Made by a program: the position numbers and the translations under genes. The notes beneath the pieces are model-generated. The model was given only the letters and a program-made list of their open reading frames with translations. It had not been told where the DNA came from and searched no databases. Shown piece by piece: positions 23,781 through 36,248 of a stretch of DNA of 64,000 bases; the first letter of the stretch is position 1; every line of letters begins with the position of its first letter. The stretch spans positions 21,390,001 through 21,454,000 of the forward strand of contig OZ365114.1 of assembly GCA_977030845.1 (NCBI GenBank), given 5' to 3'. The DNA is from Fimbriosthenelais zetlandica. Taxonomy: Eukaryota.

Positions 23781-26700
23781 ACCTACTTTCCATGAAGGTT
23801 GAGTAAAGTACGTTTGAAATCTGCCCTGCAGAAGAGAGTACCATACAATATGTTCATAATAAATTATAATTTGTCTGTTCGTCTTGAACACTCTATGACA
23901 GTGATATATCAGGATCCACATGTCGCTGGAGGTGAGATCGAGAGCAGTGATACGCAGGTGCAAAATGCAAACTTTACATGGGTAATATTCGTGTGCATAA
24001 GCGGCCCTGAACAATGTAGCACTGGGCGGAAGTGGCTAGAAGTGCGCGAGCAGAACCACGGTTAAGACCTTAAGTAAAGTTTGCTTTACCCACCTGAGTA
24101 ACCCTTTACTGGTTCGTATTTATAAATCTGTGTGCCAGAGAATGTTCACTTTGTTTCTGGCTCAGCTCCTATGTGTTCTGAAAGTCTTAAATTTTCTTAT
24201 TTTGAAGGATGCATGCCATCATGGTTATGGGTCATGGGGCAGGCAATTCATGATACAAGCACCAAAATAAGGGAACTCCTGTATCTAGATATCCTCTGAA
24301 TAGTGATGAAATTAATATAATTTGATAAATTGATGACATATTTGACATTTTCATTTGGTTTGGGAGGGTAAGTTGTCCATCGGGATATTTGTGAAGTCCT
24401 TGTAACATGAAGGCAAGTCATGTAACACCAAACTCTTCACGCCATCTTGAGGAGGATTGAGAACGAGATCACCACTTCTTGGCAGGTGGCTACAATTTTT
24501 ATCAGACTTTCACCCGATACCGGGAATACAGAACATGCTCTCTCAGCCTGATGTGATGGAATTCAGTGAAGGTCGCTTGATCTTTGGGCTAATGTTTTGA
24601 GATTAGATTTGGGTTATGCATATAATACATTCAGTTGGGGTGGGGGAGTAGGGGCACAGGTAACGAAAATGGATTTTCAAACAAGGTATACCTTTGGGTT
24701 GGAGTGCCCACCCAAGAGGAGGGGATGATGGAATTTAGCATTTGGGTTCTTCAAGGAAAGTTGTGAGGGATTGCTTAATTTGGGAAGATGGCATTTTGGG
24801 GCGGGGAAAGGTTGGGGGTCTGCGGTGGGAGTATATGGAAAAAGAGGGTCCAGGAAGGTAGGGGACCACAAAAACGTTCATATTTCAGGTGGTTAGGTGT
24901 AGTCAAATGTCATAGTCCCAGCTGATCACACACTCACTGGCCATACGTGTGTCAAGGGATCCGATTACTCCACATCAAGGATCCAGGAGGATCGGGGCGG
25001 GCTTGGATCCTAGGTGAGAATGTGTACAGAGAAACCGGAGAGAAGCGGAACAGACTCTGATGACCCCTCCCTCCTCCCGCCTCCCCCCTCCACCACAAAC
25101 TCACTATAAATCCCTAAGAAAATAGGATCTGTACAGCCACTTGGATACGTGGTGGATATGGTGCCTCGGGTACACCGTTATCAAAAATATATAATGGTCC
25201 TTTTAATTTTCCAAGTGTAAAAAACACCAAATGACGAAGAGTATTTTGATGAAGACTTTGAACCTGCATGAGTCTGAATTATTCATAGAGAGTCAATTAT
25301 TCAAAGAGAGTGATCAAGGGGGAGTGTCATTTTTTTTCAGAGAAAAACTTTTACGTCGTCTTTGCAACACTGTATTTTAAATGGATACAGTGGCCGTCCC
25401 AGGAGGGTACTAGGGTATATATAGAATCGTGCAGGGGAATTGAGAACCCACAAGATATACTGTATAGGGAATGGCAATGGACAAGGGGCATGTACATGTA
25501 GGAAATATGTATCGTTTATCCTGGAGAAGACTGGTTTGAGAGACTCAGTCGTACTTGTAATCTGAATGGATCTTTGGTACTAGTTAATCCAGCTTTACTG
25601 TAAGGAGGGGCATAAGGTATCCAACAGGTGGCAAATTGGTATAGGCGAGACATTCTTGTGTATGTAATAAGGAACAGGTGTGAAGAAGCATCTCAAGCTG
25701 TGTTACCCACCTATAGCGAGCCATTACACCCCAACACAACACCTAGTGGATCCCCCCTACTTAGGTAGGCGAAAGGAGATACTTGAAAATTGATAATTAT
25801 AATTTCACGAAAGACAGGAAAAAATGTCTTCTTTCAAAAGATAAGGGCCATATTTTATCTTTCTTCTTTCATATTTTATAATTCTGACAAGATTTCTTTT
25901 TGTCAATCCCTTCGTATTTTCCTTATATTTGTTTTGATAGGGATACCGTACAGTGTCTTTTGGATGATCCAAAGTCGACAGAGACAGCTCACACCCGAAA
26001 CCCTGCAATTTTTCTCATCGCCTGAGGACTTGGAGGTGAAGGCCCTATATGGTCCACCGACATCCTAAACTAGCTTAATCTGGGCAAATCACGGACCTAC
26101 TTGTCCACTTTTGTTTTCGTTAGGATGGAACCTGGGCGATCAGGTATCTAATCAAGATGACAGCCTTTAGAATTCCTGACATACCCCCCCTCTGACTGAC
26201 TCTCCTCTATCTGGCAGCTATAGGATGAACACGAAAAATACAAATTTCGCCATATTTCCATTTCAATGATAAAAATGTAAAAATCTACATATCTCCCAGA
26301 CCAAATTTGAATATCACACGTAGGAACAATTTTAAAGTAAAATCTATTGAGTCCCAGAGCGAATATACAAAATGTAGCAAAGTGTATTCAATTTGGAAAG
26401 ATAATTGTTGAAGCCTGTATAGGTGGACTGAAGCGATATTTGAAGGGTGCAGGTCGAGGGTGTCGGTGTCTTTTCATCTTAAAACAATTCCTACTTAACC
26501 CGGAGCCTCGTCTAGCCGCCTGTCAGCTGAAAGCTCCTATTTCAGGACATTTATAAAATTTGGGAGGGGATAAAAGTGGGCGGAGGGGGCTTTGCGGCAC
26601 GATGTTAAAGGGGCTGTACGAGTCTGTCGTAAAATATCCCAAATACCCCCATCACTTCTCTACCTGACGACTTGTCGTTTTAATTCTACAGGTGCATATC

Positions 26701-29443
26701 TCTACATCAGAGCACAGGTGGTTTAGAAACAATTTTTTGTATCTAATAACAGGAAGAAAAGCAAAAATTATGACCTTGTTCACAACGAAAGTGTATATAA
26801 GATCTTTATAAGTTCTTTTTGTATCCATCTATTTATGATTGGTCATACATATTTTCACAGGCAAAATGGTGCCCATGTTCGAGAATTATAGAATAATGTT
26901 CATATTTCATAAAATATCTCAACGTTCCTAGTTAGATAGTCATTATTTTAAAACAACAACACAATTATTGGAAGGGGCAGTTTGTTCAAACATTTCAATA
27001 GTACATGTATTTTCATTAGCAGCTTAAAGTGCTATTCATCTCTGCCCATTTCCCATCAATCGACAATTTATTTGTCCATATGTAATATACCCACAAACAG
27101 TTGTGACCTCAGGGTATTATACACAGGTGAACAGATGTCATTGTAATCCAGTCTGAATTTAAAGGGAGACAGCAACATAAACTGACCGTTAAAGACAATT
27201 TAATGTTAATGACCACAGAGCAATAACGGTGACAGATCACCCAGCATCCTCTTGGGACTAATCACTACAGATCAATCAAGATCAATCTCACACAATCAAC
27301 ATCAAATTCTTGATTGTGGTCCATAAATACAGGACCCTGTATATATGTTGTTGCAGGGTTAGGAGAGGTGAGGATTTAAAGGGTTTAGTGGTCCACACAC
27401 CTGGATATGTAGGTGAGTGGTCATCTCCAAGAATCACGGATGTGTGCATCTATAAAAACCCTTCACATACCCTTGTCATGAGCAACATGTTAAAGGGCAC
27501 ATACCTTAGGTTTTGAGTCACCCGTTCCCGGTCAAAGTCCGAACAGAGGAATCTCCTCTCTTATATGGAGGACTGGTAAAAAATAGCTCATAAAATTATT
27601 AGCATCGAACAGATGTGAATTCATTATTTTAAATAGTCACACACATATTTATGAGACTGAATCTGCTTTAATTTGTTTCGTGGTTTTCCACTATAGTAAT
27701 ACCAACACCGAGATAAAGGGTTATGGTTTGGATTGTTGAGGGTGAAACCCTGGGGAATTAACGAGAAGTTCTAGCAATGCCAATAAGCAGTTTGCAGACC
27801 ACCCTCACTGGGCTCGAGTTTCCCGCGATGGCAACCAATTTCAGCCCTGGTCTAAACCGAATACAAGGTAGCTAATAAATGAGTAATATATTCTCAATAA
27901 CAATTTTCAACAATATTAGGATGATTAATTCTGTACTATTATTCTGTATACCTCCAGTTGGATGTAAATTTGTAAACAAGTATATTCAGGGATAACCCAG
28001 GGATAATTGCTGTAGAATGTGCAGCTATTTTTAAAAATAATTATTTCCTTTTTAATTTGCAATCCTGTATGGAAGGTGGGGGTGGAGTGGTCAGGCTTCC
28101 GGGGGAGGGGATGAAGGTTGGGCACGCCCACCTGGGGATTCAGAGCTCAGGTGTGGAGGTAAATTACCAGGGGACTGTCTCGGGTGTGAAGTCTCTGGTA
28201 AAAGAAGGGGCGTGGGCAAAGGCAGAGAGAACCATTTTCTGACAGGGGGAGGTTTTTAGGAATTCAAAATAGTATCAAGCTCTGGCATCTTACCTTAGTA
28301 GTAAAATAACAATTTGACATAGATATGTATTAAATGATCATAAATAGATAATTGGTAAAAACCTGGGGCCCATATAAAGGCAATAAGGGCAAACTGTCCT
28401 TGATAAGGGGACAATGTTTGCAGGTCGCTTTGTCATGGAATTCTCTGAGAAAAGTCATGGGAAAGTTATGGGCAATATTTACTCGCAGATATGGGCAGAA
28501 AAGAAGGAGCAAGGGGCTGTCAACTATCCCAGGCCCTTTATTTATTACCTTGGATGTAAAGAAAGAGGTGACAGACCGTGGCTAGCAGGGTGACACTATG
28601 CTAAGGCAATAGGTGGAAGTCCAACTTGTGACTTGACATAACTATTGATGTTAGTTCTAAGTAATAACTGTCGTCATTAAACCACATACTCTATGGGGAC
28701 CTTTTCTGTTAATATATAGTATAATCTATCTTTACAGCAATATAATAATTATTATAAAGTTCTTTATGGTTTAATTTATCAATATCTTATGGTATATCTT
28801 TGTCATCATTTGCAAAAGAGTTGAAGTGCATTGTTGATGCAAGACCCTGAAAGAAACAGTGAAACTGTTTTGCCTAGCATCAAAAGTAATACGTTCTAAT
28901 TAGTAAGTTATATATGGCAAAACCAAAGATCAAACGTATGCCATCTATGGAGCATAATGCTAAAGTCGTGCATCCCGTTGCTGCAAAATCCCCACTCGTG
29001 TAACATAAGTGGAAGTAGGTTAGCATTTAAGGATGTTTCTAACTGTGAGCACACTTATATTTTCGGACCCCCACAGCCTTTAAGCTCCTAACCCCTCCCA
29101 TCTTCATCCAACCCCGGAGCTCTAAGCCTCTAGTCCACTTAAATGAAATTGACATTGCTACACCTGTGGCCCCCGCAACACCTGCGACACATCTGAAATT
29201 GGGACTCCACTCTTCGACGGCGTGAGAAACTGGCTGCAGGTGCCGTCAAAATTGACAAAATCATCCAACTTTGGGGAGACATAGGTGGGTGGGAAGAAAT
29301 GTTAATTTTCCACTTCCCAATAGGGAGGGGGTACTTGGAAATGGGCACCCACAGATGTATCTCTGGACCCTAAATAGCTGTCAGGAAGTCACTGCCCTCG
29401 TTCACAAGATCAAAGCGGACTCCTGACGCGGAGATTCGCGGAT

Positions 29444-29495
29444 GTGACGTGGACACATTCTTGTGGTGACGTCATCACAATGGTGGCTCACGTGA
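29444..29495. promoter_or_regulatory. CRE / E-box cluster
   Basis: GTGACGTGG (29444); TGACGTCA (29467-29474) inside an 18-bp palindrome with one mismatch; TCACGTGA (29488-29495). Confidence 0.35.
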
Positions 29496-29647
29496 TAAGT
29501 GGAGTCATGATAGAAAGGGGGTAAATGAACGCTCGGGTTATCCATCGTAATCTCTCCTAAAAGTTGTATTTTGATATGCTAACAAGGGTAACTTGACCTC
29601 TCAGCATACCCCTTCAGATTCTCCTTGTAATCGCAAGGCATATCTAT

Positions 29648-30368
29648 TGGCAGGACTCCACTGCACCGCAAGTCACTTGCGGCCGTCTTGCGGCTCTACT
29701 CGTTCTATTTTTTCTGCGGGTGTTGATGTCCTTGCGGTGCTTGCGGTTGAACCTACTCCACTGCAGCCTATGCAGCCGGCGGCTCCCTTGCGGCTGCAGA
29801 GACCTACCTGTATTTCCATGACTACAGGTGTCGAGGTCAAAATGGAGGACCTGGCGATCATTGCCGTTTTGGCAGCAACTGTTTTCTGCAATTATCGTCG
29901 AAAGAAAGCAGCTAATGATGCCAAGAAAAAAAGAAAACAACAGCCTTAGACCTAGTGCTGTTTACTCCTAGGCCTAGCCTTCTAGGCCTACCTCGAGATG
30001 TAGCTTTTGCTTGTTGGCGTCGTCCCGCCATCTTGTTGCTAACCGGATGTATGGATAACGTGAACTCTACTAGCACCCTCATTGGTCGACCTACGTTGTG
30101 TGCTGTTGCGGAGCCGGCGGTGCTTCCATTTGGTTGCTTCCACTACAAACTCAACGGCCGCAAGGACCGCTATTCGCAAGATTTGTTGCGGTCCGATCAA
30201 AAAATTTGGATCGAATCGCAGGCCGCAAGGTGGCCGTTGCGGTGCTTGCGGGTCTGCGGTTTGGATAACTCCACTGCCTTGCGGTTGGCGTGTGAGAGAG
30301 CCGCAAGTCATCCGCAACGTATAACCGCAAGGGCCGCAAGGGTAAAAATGTGCAGTGGAGTTACCCCA
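29648..30368. mobile_element. Non-autonomous DNA transposon, PIF/Harbinger-like
   Basis: Perfect 12-bp inverted repeats ACTCCACTGCAC (29655-29666) / GTGCAGTGGAGT (30350-30361), extendable imperfectly outward. About 17 TTGCGG/CCGCAA copies (hand count) lie between them. The TIR-like motif recurs internally (29755, 30268). Flanks TAT / TAA resemble a degenerate 3-bp TSD. Confidence 0.6.
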
Positions 30369-31420
30369 TAAGTCAGAGACATCTCCTCATTACGTTCATC
30401 CTAAACACAGGAAGGCTATGTGATAGCAACCTCTTAAATTGTGCTCCCATTTTTCGCCAACAGTTTTGATTTCCCATGATAAAAAAGCTTTTTCCTACTA
30501 CTAAGATTATGGAAATATAATCTTCTTTTACAGAGCAAAACTACAGTATATTAAAAGCCACTATCCATCTAATCAATGTATAAGCTCTGGTCTGCTACTT
30601 GTATCAATATCTCTTTTACTTTGTACTTGGTTTCCCTGTTCAAATGAATTGCTATTTGCATTTTTACGACTCGTGCTCCTTCACCCTAAACATGGGCCGT
30701 CCCACACGATCCAACCTCCACAGACCCCGAGGTGAAAGTCAGCACCTTGAAATATTTGTTCTTGGCAACAGTCGCTCGCCAGCAAGACCATCCATTAAGT
30801 ATGAAGGGGGCTGGGAGGGGAAACTCCTTAAAGTGGTGGAGTGTTTGTCTTAGTTGGAGGCACTGTCCCCCTCTTTACCTTACTAATTATTGGTGGGGGC
30901 CATCTCGGCGAGTGTCAGTGCCTCTGGGCAGAACTGTCCTTTGTGATCAAGAAGCAGATCGTGGAGATTACCAGTCTACCCTTTACCAGGATTACGATCT
31001 GGCTTGGATGTAATGGAGCAGAAAGTTCTAACCCCCTTAACCCCAGCTTCTCCCATATACAAGGTTTCTAAGAATTATTATGAAGTCTGCAATACTTTTC
31101 AGTAGTTCTAAAACTTTCTTTTCTTAGATCTAATCAATGATTTTAGTAAATTCTTATAGTAAGCGTTGAATTTGAATCTTTCTCATTGGGAGGAAGATTA
31201 CAATTCATGAACTCTTAAAGGGAACTTATTTTAGGTTATGTCTATAGTCAGAGGAATATTTCAGAACTTACCATTGTTTATAGATGTTGAAGTGGATAAT
31301 AATGTATCTTGAATCTGCAGTAACAAAAATCAGGATATTTAAATCAAAAGGATGTAACAAGAGGATGGTATTCTTAAGAAGTATCAAATTTTATCGGCAA
31401 CATTGTATATATGCATCTTG

Positions 31421-31450
31421 GCCCCCTCAGACCCCCTTAGACCCCCTCAG
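31421..31450. repeat. 10-bp tandem repeat x3
   Basis: GCCCCCTCAG ACCCCCTTAG ACCCCCTCAG. Confidence 0.75.
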
Positions 31451-34400
31451 GCTTTAACCTACCAACCCCACCCCCTCCAGGCTATGTGCACGCATCCTAT
31501 TAGAAGAGTGAATTTCCATGTTTGTCACAGACAAGAGGGTAATTACTGCGAATAGTTTTTCCATTCAGCTTAGCAAGAGGAGTGTGTGCTTGCCATTGTT
31601 GTGGGGACAAGCGAGCTTTTATTCAGCTTTCTAAAGATGACAAAAGTAACTTGCTCCTCGTTGGCCTTCGCCAAGTGTTTTGGTGCAATATGATGTAAAT
31701 AGTAGTTATGAGTACATCAAAAGTTTGTGGTCTTTCACCCTCTAGCTCTAGTAAAAAATGGCCTTGCACTTTTCTCAAAGAATGTGTTCAAACAACAAAA
31801 GTCAAACTTGTCAGGATGCCATTAACAAATAAGCAAACTGTTAACCTTTTGATTTCAAACAGACAGACAATTAACTTGGTAAGCGAACTTGCCAAACACT
31901 TAACTGTACCAATTTATTTTTTGTTACGACCAAATTAATTAATAATTATAATTCCTTGTTTGATGTATCATGGGATATCTTTTTTTATCATAAGATTTTA
32001 TTATATCATTCATGTAAGCCTCAATTTTGCTATATATTAGTTTAAAACTTTCCAATTCAAGACCAGCAGAGTGAAACTTAATCAGATGGTACTTAAATAA
32101 CACTTTGATTATTCATAGATAACCACCATGTCCACACATAAAAACAAATGAGTTTTCTTATTGTGCCCTCATTAAAAAGTTTAACCTAGCGTCACTCCCC
32201 ACCTAAAACCTTAAGATGACCCACGACAAAGGGCCCTGTCAGGGGACAACCACCCATCTCAATGGAAGCTTTTCTAAGATGATCTGCAGGCCTTTGAGAG
32301 CCTCTCTAGCCTGACATATTCCCATTCACTCTTCGAATTACTCCCTTTCGGAGATGTACCGTTTTGTTGTGCAGTGCTAAATAGCTTTTACTTTGGAAGT
32401 GGGAGAAAAGGTGTGCTGCAAAGTGACACTGTGCTGCCAGGCGTGACGGAAGCCCAGGGCTGGAACATTAGGGGGTATATAATGCAGGTGCAGCTCTGGC
32501 AAGCCATCCCACCCACCTCCGCCTCTTCTAGAATGATTCAGGTGGAAAGATAAACCTTTGGGGCCCCTTAGATGGACAGGAGGAGCTAAGGTCTCACTCC
32601 AGGGGGTGAATTTCCCGACCCGGGTCAACTACATTTAAGGTAGTGGGTAAGAAAAACAACCATATTTACCTGAAGGGGAAAACCTCCACTAATACACAGG
32701 CCCCTTTAAGCAAGTCCTTAATGCACCCTTTTTGGTACTTAAGTTCTGTCATCTTAGAATATTTTCTTTGTATTAAAACAATGGCGATAATAGGTGTCCT
32801 TCACAATGCAGAGATATAGACTAACAACATGAGGTTCATGTGGAGTTTTATCTCCATTCTGTCAGGTTTTTCCTATATATGGAAGAAGAGAAGCATAGAT
32901 CAAAGGCCCCTCACTGCCAATCACCTGTCAGACTTTGATTCCTCACCTGATCATTATCAGTACATCCAGTTAGCTCTAATAAATACCTCTCCTCCTACGC
33001 CTTACACGCTGCTTTACACAGGAATATTGCCAGGACAAAAGCCAGTCTTTCTGACCCACAATCCTGGCCATATTTGACGAGATGCATTTTGTCAGCTCTT
33101 CTTCCCCGTGAGTGTTGTGTGTGTGGTCCCCAGCTATATCCCCAAGATATGACTAACCATGTCATATGATGACATAAATACCTATACATTCTGAGGGGTG
33201 TATACAGAACTTGCTCGGAGGGCATTTTTTTGTATTATTTATGCATGGCTATTTGAATGCTTTCACCACTTCTTCAAACATACAAGGTGGTTGATTTACA
33301 TTATTGGAATCCCTAAGTATGCATCGCTTTCAAAATGACTGGTAATGATATTGGACCCAATGAAAAAAAAGATGATGGAAAGTCATCGTACAAAAGAATT
33401 GGTACTGCTTCATATAAAGCAATCATTCTCAGCATTGTAAGGGGGCATGGAAATTCACAATTATTCCTGCAGAAATATCAAAATCCAAGAGGATGTTCAA
33501 TACATTTTGATATGATATGATTTAATTGCAGATGAATATAGTATATATCGGGTTTCAACCTTTAATACGCAGGTGTATACCCAGATTGGAGAGTGGTTTG
33601 TTTGTGAAGGAATCTTTAGAGTCAATATCAACTGTTGTTTCAGCCATGACCATGGGCTGTGTGGAGGTAGAGTATTGGTGCAGGTGTATTGAGATCTTAT
33701 TGATACAGGTAAATGGGCCGAGGCTGATCACCTGTCAACAAGCATCAGGCCTAAGGGATCAAGCCTTCTGGCCTGTGGGGTATTGTTATCAAAAGAGATC
33801 AGCACAGGAGAAAGGAGATCTTACAGGTTGGTTGGCTCACTTTAATACTCCTTTTAACGTGCCCTTCCTCCCACGAATAGCAAAGGAATGTGTTTAACTA
33901 AAGATGGAAATCTCTCTCATCAAGCAGACCTTTCAGGATTTCACTATGCAATTACAAATAATATAAACGTTAATCATGAGATAACCATTTAATAGAATCA
34001 TTTGAGATAAATTTAATTACATTATACGAACAGAAGGATAGTGTAGGCCTACATACATGAATAATATCTGAGTGAATTAATTTAAAATAGTATAAAAATT
34101 GAAGTATTAAAATACACCAGATAGATTAGGGAAATTTCCCGGCATTTCTTAAGCATGGATGTGACAGGCGGTAAGCTTTCAGTAAAAAGTAAGATTTTAT
34201 CTTTCTAATAATAGTGGGGAAGCCCCTTTTTGGCACATTCCATTTACAATAAGACCTAGGATTCTCAGTCATGCCCGCATGTCTGTAAATATCTTCAGGA
34301 AAATATCAGATTATTGAAAATTCCTCACACTGAAGATAGGGGCATTACAAAGATTAAAGTTTCATCCCACTTTGTTCAACCATCCAGCTTTAACAACACA

Positions 34401-35219
34401 CTGTTTTAGCACAAAATGTTTGAGTCTGTCCTGCTGACGTCCTGTGAAAATCTAAACCTTGTGAGGTAAAATCAAATTCTGGTTTGCAGTCAGCCAATCA
34501 AACATCAAACCATTTCTGGTTGTTTGACAGATCACTGGGTCAATCAATCTAGGCACTCTAATAGTGACCCTACCCCCGAAATTATGTACTAAAGCGGGAT
34601 GATTTTGGGGGTCCCAGGCCAGCCCCTTCAGACCCTGGTCCTAAGATGGGAGGGCCCTCAAAAATGCCCTCACAGGCAGATTCTATATAGGGGCCGTGGG
34701 GCGTAAGCTATATACAGGTTATGATTAAGTACACCCCTGCCATCTTAAATTGAAGCTGTCCCGTTATAAAGGTAGGGGTGATCAATGACCTCGGGGGGTG
34801 GGGGTTGGTTGGGGGTTGGGTGTTGGTATTGAAATTGAGGGATAGAATTGGGGAGCAAGTTTGATGGGGCCTTGGGGTATTAGAAAAAGTAATCTATTGG
34901 AAAGAAAATGATTTACAGCTGATTTTAATCTCATTTCGATATCTCTAATATGCGATAAGTTTGCTGTGGGTAAAAATGGACAAGCATAACTAGATACACA
35001 GCCACAATTATAAGGAATCGTGCTCTCTCGTTCCTTTCTCTCTGCCTCCTCGTCTTTCTCTCACACACGCTCCTCCAACCTCTCTCAGTCATTAAGCAAC
35101 CTCTTGCCAGACGATTAATCATGGTGAGGTGACCGTGCTTGGTGTGGCGTCCATGTCGCCTGCTTCTCCTGGCCCTGGACTCGACACGGCGCCGACAAGC
35201 CAACTGACAAGCCTCCAAG

Positions 35220-35482
35220 ATGGATGGTCCCCCCGGTCGCCCCTACCCCCACTCTCTGCCGCCCAAATCACATGTCATCCCAATCTTATTTCTACGTCAC
35301 ATTTACTTTCGCTGTCTACAAATAAATGTAGATGCGAACCTTGGAGCACAAGGAGAAGTTGTGCAGCAGAAGACTCAGCGTAAATCGAGCTGGATTGCTG
35401 CTGTAGATGCTCACTTCCGGTTTAGCAGAAGACATTTGGCCGTGTACGGCAACAAATCTCCGGTGCGCGAATTTGCCAGGCG
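35220..35482 (+). CDS. Candidate exon 1 of a BRCT-like domain protein (or degenerate copy)
   Basis: ATG in caagATGG context; frame open to donor CG|gtaaag (phase 2). Ends ...FSRRHLAVYGNKSPVREFAR, which fits the BRCT beta1-alpha1 pattern. Alternative internal start after aatgtag| at 35332. Confidence 0.4.
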
Positions 35483-35866
35483 GTAAAGTATATGGAGGGC
35501 AGCAGAGAGATTACACATTTGAATTACATGAGGCAGTGGCACATTTTTGTGTCAATCCGGTGGCTGTCGTGGAGAGGGGACTGGACTGGGACGACGCGAT
35601 GTATGAGGGAGGACGAAATGCAAGACAGGGTGAAAATGTTTGTATGGGTTTGCTGGCGCGAATATGGTGCATTGTGGTCACACTCGGCTCAGACGACATT
35701 TATTTTCTCGTCTGCTAAACGCAGCTCGCCGAGCTACATACGAGGGGGAGGGTCTGGTCGAACGATAGCATTCACGACCACTCAACTGCGATCTGGGCCT
35801 TCTGAAAGGAGCGAAATCGGGCAAATTTGTTAACTTTTGTGTCACTTTTCTTCTGGCGCGCTACAG

Positions 35867-36248
35867 TGGCTATATTGTGAAGCGGGCGGGGTGGGAGGTA
35901 TGCCATTGTGCTGATAACACTATCATGGCATACATCACTGAGCTCATTTTGGAGCCACTTAAGAAATTAACACCGTTGAAAGGAGAGAACACGAGCGACA
36001 AAATATGTTCTCCAGAGTGGGTCAAGGCCTGTCTCCGGGCCAGTGAGGACAACACAAAAGCTCTGGAGGATGGGGCTGGATGGGTCCATTCTTCTCTATT
36101 AAAAAGAACCTGCTCCTGGAGGGCCCGCCAGTTTGTACACTCTTTCTATATCAGCAGCACACAGGCCTTTCTTGCCATACTCCCTGGTGAATGGCCAGAT
36201 AAAAGAGGAGGTCTTAGAGGGAGTATGCCACTCCTCTCTGCTTCATAG
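35867..36248 (+). CDS. Candidate exon 2 of a BRCT-like domain protein
   Basis: Acceptor has TTAAC at 35830, a pyrimidine tract, no AG for ~50 nt, then ctacag|. Phase matches exon 1 (CG+T = Arg). Encodes YIVKRAGWEV...ITELI...KICSPEWVKACLRA, which matches BRCT G-G/A, THLI and WxxxC motifs. Confidence 0.45.
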
